Origin: Lepidodermella squamata
Lineage: Eukaryota > Animalia > Gastrotricha
NCBI GenBank assembly: GCA_047495785.1
Contig: JBLDXI010000032.1
Coordinates: 2,232,001 to 2,296,000, forward strand
Length of the DNA: 64,000 nucleotides
Reading direction: 5' to 3'
In this document: positions 60,351-64,000 of the stretch, piece after piece
Layout of the letters: each line of letters starts with the position of its first letter
How positions within the stretch are numbered: the first letter of the stretch is position 1
Position numbers and translations under genes: made by a program
The notes under the pieces: generated by a model
Databases searched by the model: none
What the model was told of the DNA's origin: nothing
What the model saw: only the letters and a program-made list of their open reading frames with translations

Positions 60351-62455
60351 ATGACCACCTCAACTTCAGCAATGCCATCTGGACAACCTGAGATTTGCTC
60401 GCTATCACGGGATTTCAGTAACTCAGAAGATGCAGCCATCTCATCTGCGCCATCTGAAAGCACCATCAAAGCTACCGTTTCGACTTTCAGGTACTCTAAT
60501 GAGACACCGCCTCCTCCATTTGTTTATAATTAGACGTGAAGTTCATGTAATATACCAGGTGATGAACGGAGCGTTCTATTACTACTGCCAGCTGGCCGTA
60601 GATTTCCTCTGACTGGCGTCTGTGATGTAACAATACATCGTGGTTCCATTAAAGTTCTGGGATACTGCGCGAAGTCGGGCGAATCCATCCGAATTTACGC
60701 CCCTATCACGTGCAACCAATATCTCATCGAGGTGAATGAAGGAGATCCGACGAAAGATATTTTGACGCAGTTTCCTCAGCTTGCCGAGAGCGTTGAAAAG
60801 ATGTCGCAATTTTCGAAATTCGCGGTTATTTCAGTTACGAATTCCGGGACACTTTCACCGTATCAGGTAGTTCAATCAGCTGCGCTACTTGAAGGACGAC
60901 ACCTTTCGCCTCAGCTACTCGAGAAAGCATCGGTATCAGCTGAAACAAAGGCTATCTACGAGCGTACTGGGGCTATCTTCGGCCTGGATAACCGCCCCTG
61001 CATCGAGTTCTGGCCTCAACTGTCATCTGCAATGTCTACAATAGTGCAGGTTTTTTTACATTTAAACCGGCTTTCGTGTCGTAATAAAAGTAATTGACTA
61101 TTCGATTAGCAATCTATGAACCACAATTTGGAAACGAATACATCCTCCACCCGACCAATAGTAATTATGGTTTGTGGCGAGAAGAGTGCCGGAAAGTCGA
61201 CAACATGTCGAGCGATCGTGAATAGCCTGCTGAGTATGAAGGCATTTCAAGAAAAAGGTGTCGGCTACTTCGAATGCGATGTTGGCCAAACTGAGTTCAC
61301 ACCAAGCGCTGTTGTATCTTGGACGTTGGTTAAGCGTCCACTTTTTGGGCCCCCTTTCATGCATATGAAGAGCGTTGTCGATAACTCAGCTGCAGATCCT
61401 CAGTTCATTGCATCCTTCTACGGTGATCTGAGTCCCGGACAATCGCCGAACAGGTATTACGAGTGCTTGAAGTCTGTTTACTCACGAATACCTGCAGCCA
61501 CTCAACAGGTAATTTTAATCTGCAACGTTTTTTGTCGCTATTTCAATTATTTTATGTACAGAGCGTGCCTTTGGTTGTGAATACTATGGGATGGATGAGA
61601 AGCCTGGGCCTGGCTCTCCTCGTGGATACGTACAGACTGGTTCAACCTGATATAGTTCTTCATCTGAGGTCAGCCCAAGACACTGCTCCAAATCTGAACC
61701 CTGCCTTTTTCTTTTCTGCTGATGGTATAAATTCGACCCCGGTATACGCTAACGGTAAACTGCCTCAACATGAATTATACGACATTCCTGTCCACCGTCG
61801 ACAGCCTCAAAATCCGAAAACTGCCAGCCCTTCGCCACCTCCGTTCTTCCTTCGAGCTTTGTCAACGATCGGGCATTTAGCTATTAGCAAATCTGTGATT
61901 GAATCATCGTCTTTGAAAGCCCTTCCGAAATGCCAGTTACCTGTTGCTGAGAATTCAAATATGCGATACCTATTTGCGGGAGTTTGTCATGAGAGGGTTC
62001 CTGCCAGCGAAACCAGTCGTGCTTTATTGGGAAGTTTGGTCGCTTTGTGCCACATTGACGTCAGACTACCGAACGGAGCTACCCCGCCTCAGTTTCTGTT
62101 AACCTTGCCGACTGGTTGGATCGGGAATGAATGGTTGGGTCTGGGTATTGTGTTGGAAATCGATGAAGCTGGTCGCAAAGTCACGCTTGCGACTCCATTA
62201 GCCGAACACCCGGACATTCTAGCCCGAGTAAATTGCTTGATGCGAGGCTCTGTGACCATCACAGATTCAGCCATTGCCGAAATTGTCCCTAGTCACTTGA
62301 GGCAATGCGCTCCGCCCCAAGGTGTTTCAGTGCAAGGAAGCGGACATGCAGAACGAGACGACGGACCGTTCGACGCTCAGCGTTTTGGTGGCCGGCGGGA
62401 TTTTATGCGCAGAAAGCGGGGCATGCAGCAACTAGGTCAGTCACCGCAGCAGTAA
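60351..62455 (+). CDS. NOL9: Polynucleotide 5'-hydroxyl kinase NOL9/Grc3 (start codon uncertain: 60351 or 60430)
   Basis: N-domain LLLLPAG..FPLTGVC.V....GSIKVLGY, P-loop GEKSAGKST, ECDVGQTEFTP, PLFGPPF.H, PLVVNTMGW, GLGIV..ID, VNCLMRG. Confidence 0.92.
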
Positions 62456-63053
62456 TCTTCGCCCTTTTTAATGATTGCGTATTTGTGCAAATAAAGTTTG
62501 ATAATAAAAATGCAATTGATCCATATCATCTGGTGTGCTTATTTTTCTATTCCTCCTGTATCGATCGCTGATATTAATATGAGTATTGATTTGTCGCAGA
62601 GCGCCGCCATACCCCCAAGTGGCTCACGGTTGATTAGAACACAAATATTGAGCGTGATGGCACGTGAAAAAACGCGTCGTTGTATGAATTATTTACTGCG
62701 ATTAATTTTGCTCATGGCAAACGTTGAGCGCGCACGGAGGAATCGATTTTGGCAGTTGAATAATCTACGAACAGGTAAAATAGGCCGAGCAGGGGAGCGT
62801 AGTTTTTTTAACATATCGCAAAATTCCCTGCTATTTAATACAGTAATGATAAGCGGTTTCTACATCAAGAGCTTTCGAATTTTAGTCGGAAAGCGTTCTT
62901 ATTAGCTATGTAATTCAAGATAGTATCGAACGAAGAAAAATACCTCTGAGGATCATATGACCGTGACGCTCTAGGTCGACTTGACTTTCCTTTAAAATTC
63001 TGTAGGCAGACAGCATTTCCGCACATTTTATTATCAATAATTTTCTTTAAAAA

Positions 63054-64000
63054 ATGGCGAAAACTCTGACGTTACCCGACTGCGTGATTTGCTACCGGGA
63101 AGCTCCAGATCACCCGGTCGCAACCCCATGCGGGCACGTATTTTGGTAAGATCTAACCGATTTTTTTTGGTGTCCATAATTTTAATTTGTAATTTCAGCA
63201 AATCATGCATAACAACGGCCCTTCAAATGAAAAGACATTGTCCTATTTGCCGGAAAAAAGTAGCACCCAAGAATTTGATTCCAATTATAGCGAGTGAGAC
63301 GGTCGTAGAGGACAAGGATGACGACAGTGAAGATTCATCGGGTTCACCCAGCACGAAAACGAAATTGCAGATTACCTGCGCAAAATGCTCGAAACCGCCG
63401 AAAGGTCCCGAGTTGGCATCTTGCGGGCACGCGTTCTGGTAATTGATTAATCTAATCCTAGAGAGATTTAGATTTATTTTCGAATTTTCTAGCCGGCCGT
63501 GTGCTCACCTGTGGTTCGAGCCCGAACTGAAGTGTCCGATTCATGACCTGCGGCTGGATAGGCGGCGGCTTTCTAGTCTTTTTTGTGACGGAGCAGGATG
63601 CAGAAGCGCAGTTAGCACTCGAGCCCCCTCCTCAAGACTGCCCCCATTAAAGCAGAACCTAAGACATAGCTATGAAGAAGATTCATTCGACAGCGACGAT
63701 TCAAACTCCGATAGCAGCAGTTCGAACACCGACAACGAATCGGAAATAGCTTCGATCAGTGATAACGACCTAATTTTAGTTAATAGATTTGTATTCTCCT
63801 TGCCCCCAATCGGGCGAAGGGGATCCGACAGCCACGATGGGCACATTTTCCCACAGCTCCTTGTGCCGCCAGCTTTCGCTCTACTTCAACATATTGGTCG
63901 CCATCCAATTATCCTGATGCAGCGCGGATTTCTGCCACGCTTAGGAAGAAATAATCGGAGCGGTTCGCAGCAATCGCAAGATGAACCGGAACCTCAAAAC
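63054..64000 (+). CDS. Tandem double-RING-finger (C3HC4-type) protein, 3' end beyond the window
   Basis: CVIC..PCGHVFCKSC..CPIC and CAKC..SCGHAFCRPC..CPIH, joined by introns 63146-63198 and 63439-63492. The frame stays open to the window end. Confidence 0.85.

Overview
Gene-dense, compact eukaryotic (animal) genomic DNA. Most GT-AG introns are about 45-70 nt, and (TTAGGG)n-type repeats occur inside mobile elements. I can support about 20 protein-coding genes: a partial Thr-rich protein, a claudin/PMP22-like gene with two alternative first coding exons, MGMT, POLD2, IQCK, an SRPBCC/START-like protein, IFT81, SCLT1-like, PDIA4/ERp72, SNX14, AP5M1, an atypical GPCR, IRSp53/BAIAP2-like, a SEPT6-group septin, two CRAL-TRIO paralogs, a Kir channel, RACK1, TOP2, a K2P channel, NOL9 and a double-RING protein. 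There is also a tRNA-Asn nested antisense in an MGMT intron, several MITEs (two unrelated ones with telomeric repeats at their centre), a decayed Helitron helicase and a CR1-like LINE tail. The most notable unexplained structure is fourfold. (1) Operon-like co-oriented clusters (SCLT1-IFT81-SRPBCC, POLD2-MGMT, RACK1-Kir), where an AATAAA lies 20-60 nt before an apparently unpaired splice acceptor in front of the next ATG, suggesting spliced-leader trans-splicing. (2) A recurrent orientation-independent motif, TTAAGG(A/C/T/G)GGATTT, in tiny introns and intercistronic spacers. (3) 10-bp-periodic A/T clusters resembling nematode PATCs. (4) Swappable TM1+ECL1 exons in the claudin-like gene. Gene identities come from my recognition of motifs, not from database searches. 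Exon coordinates were read by eye.
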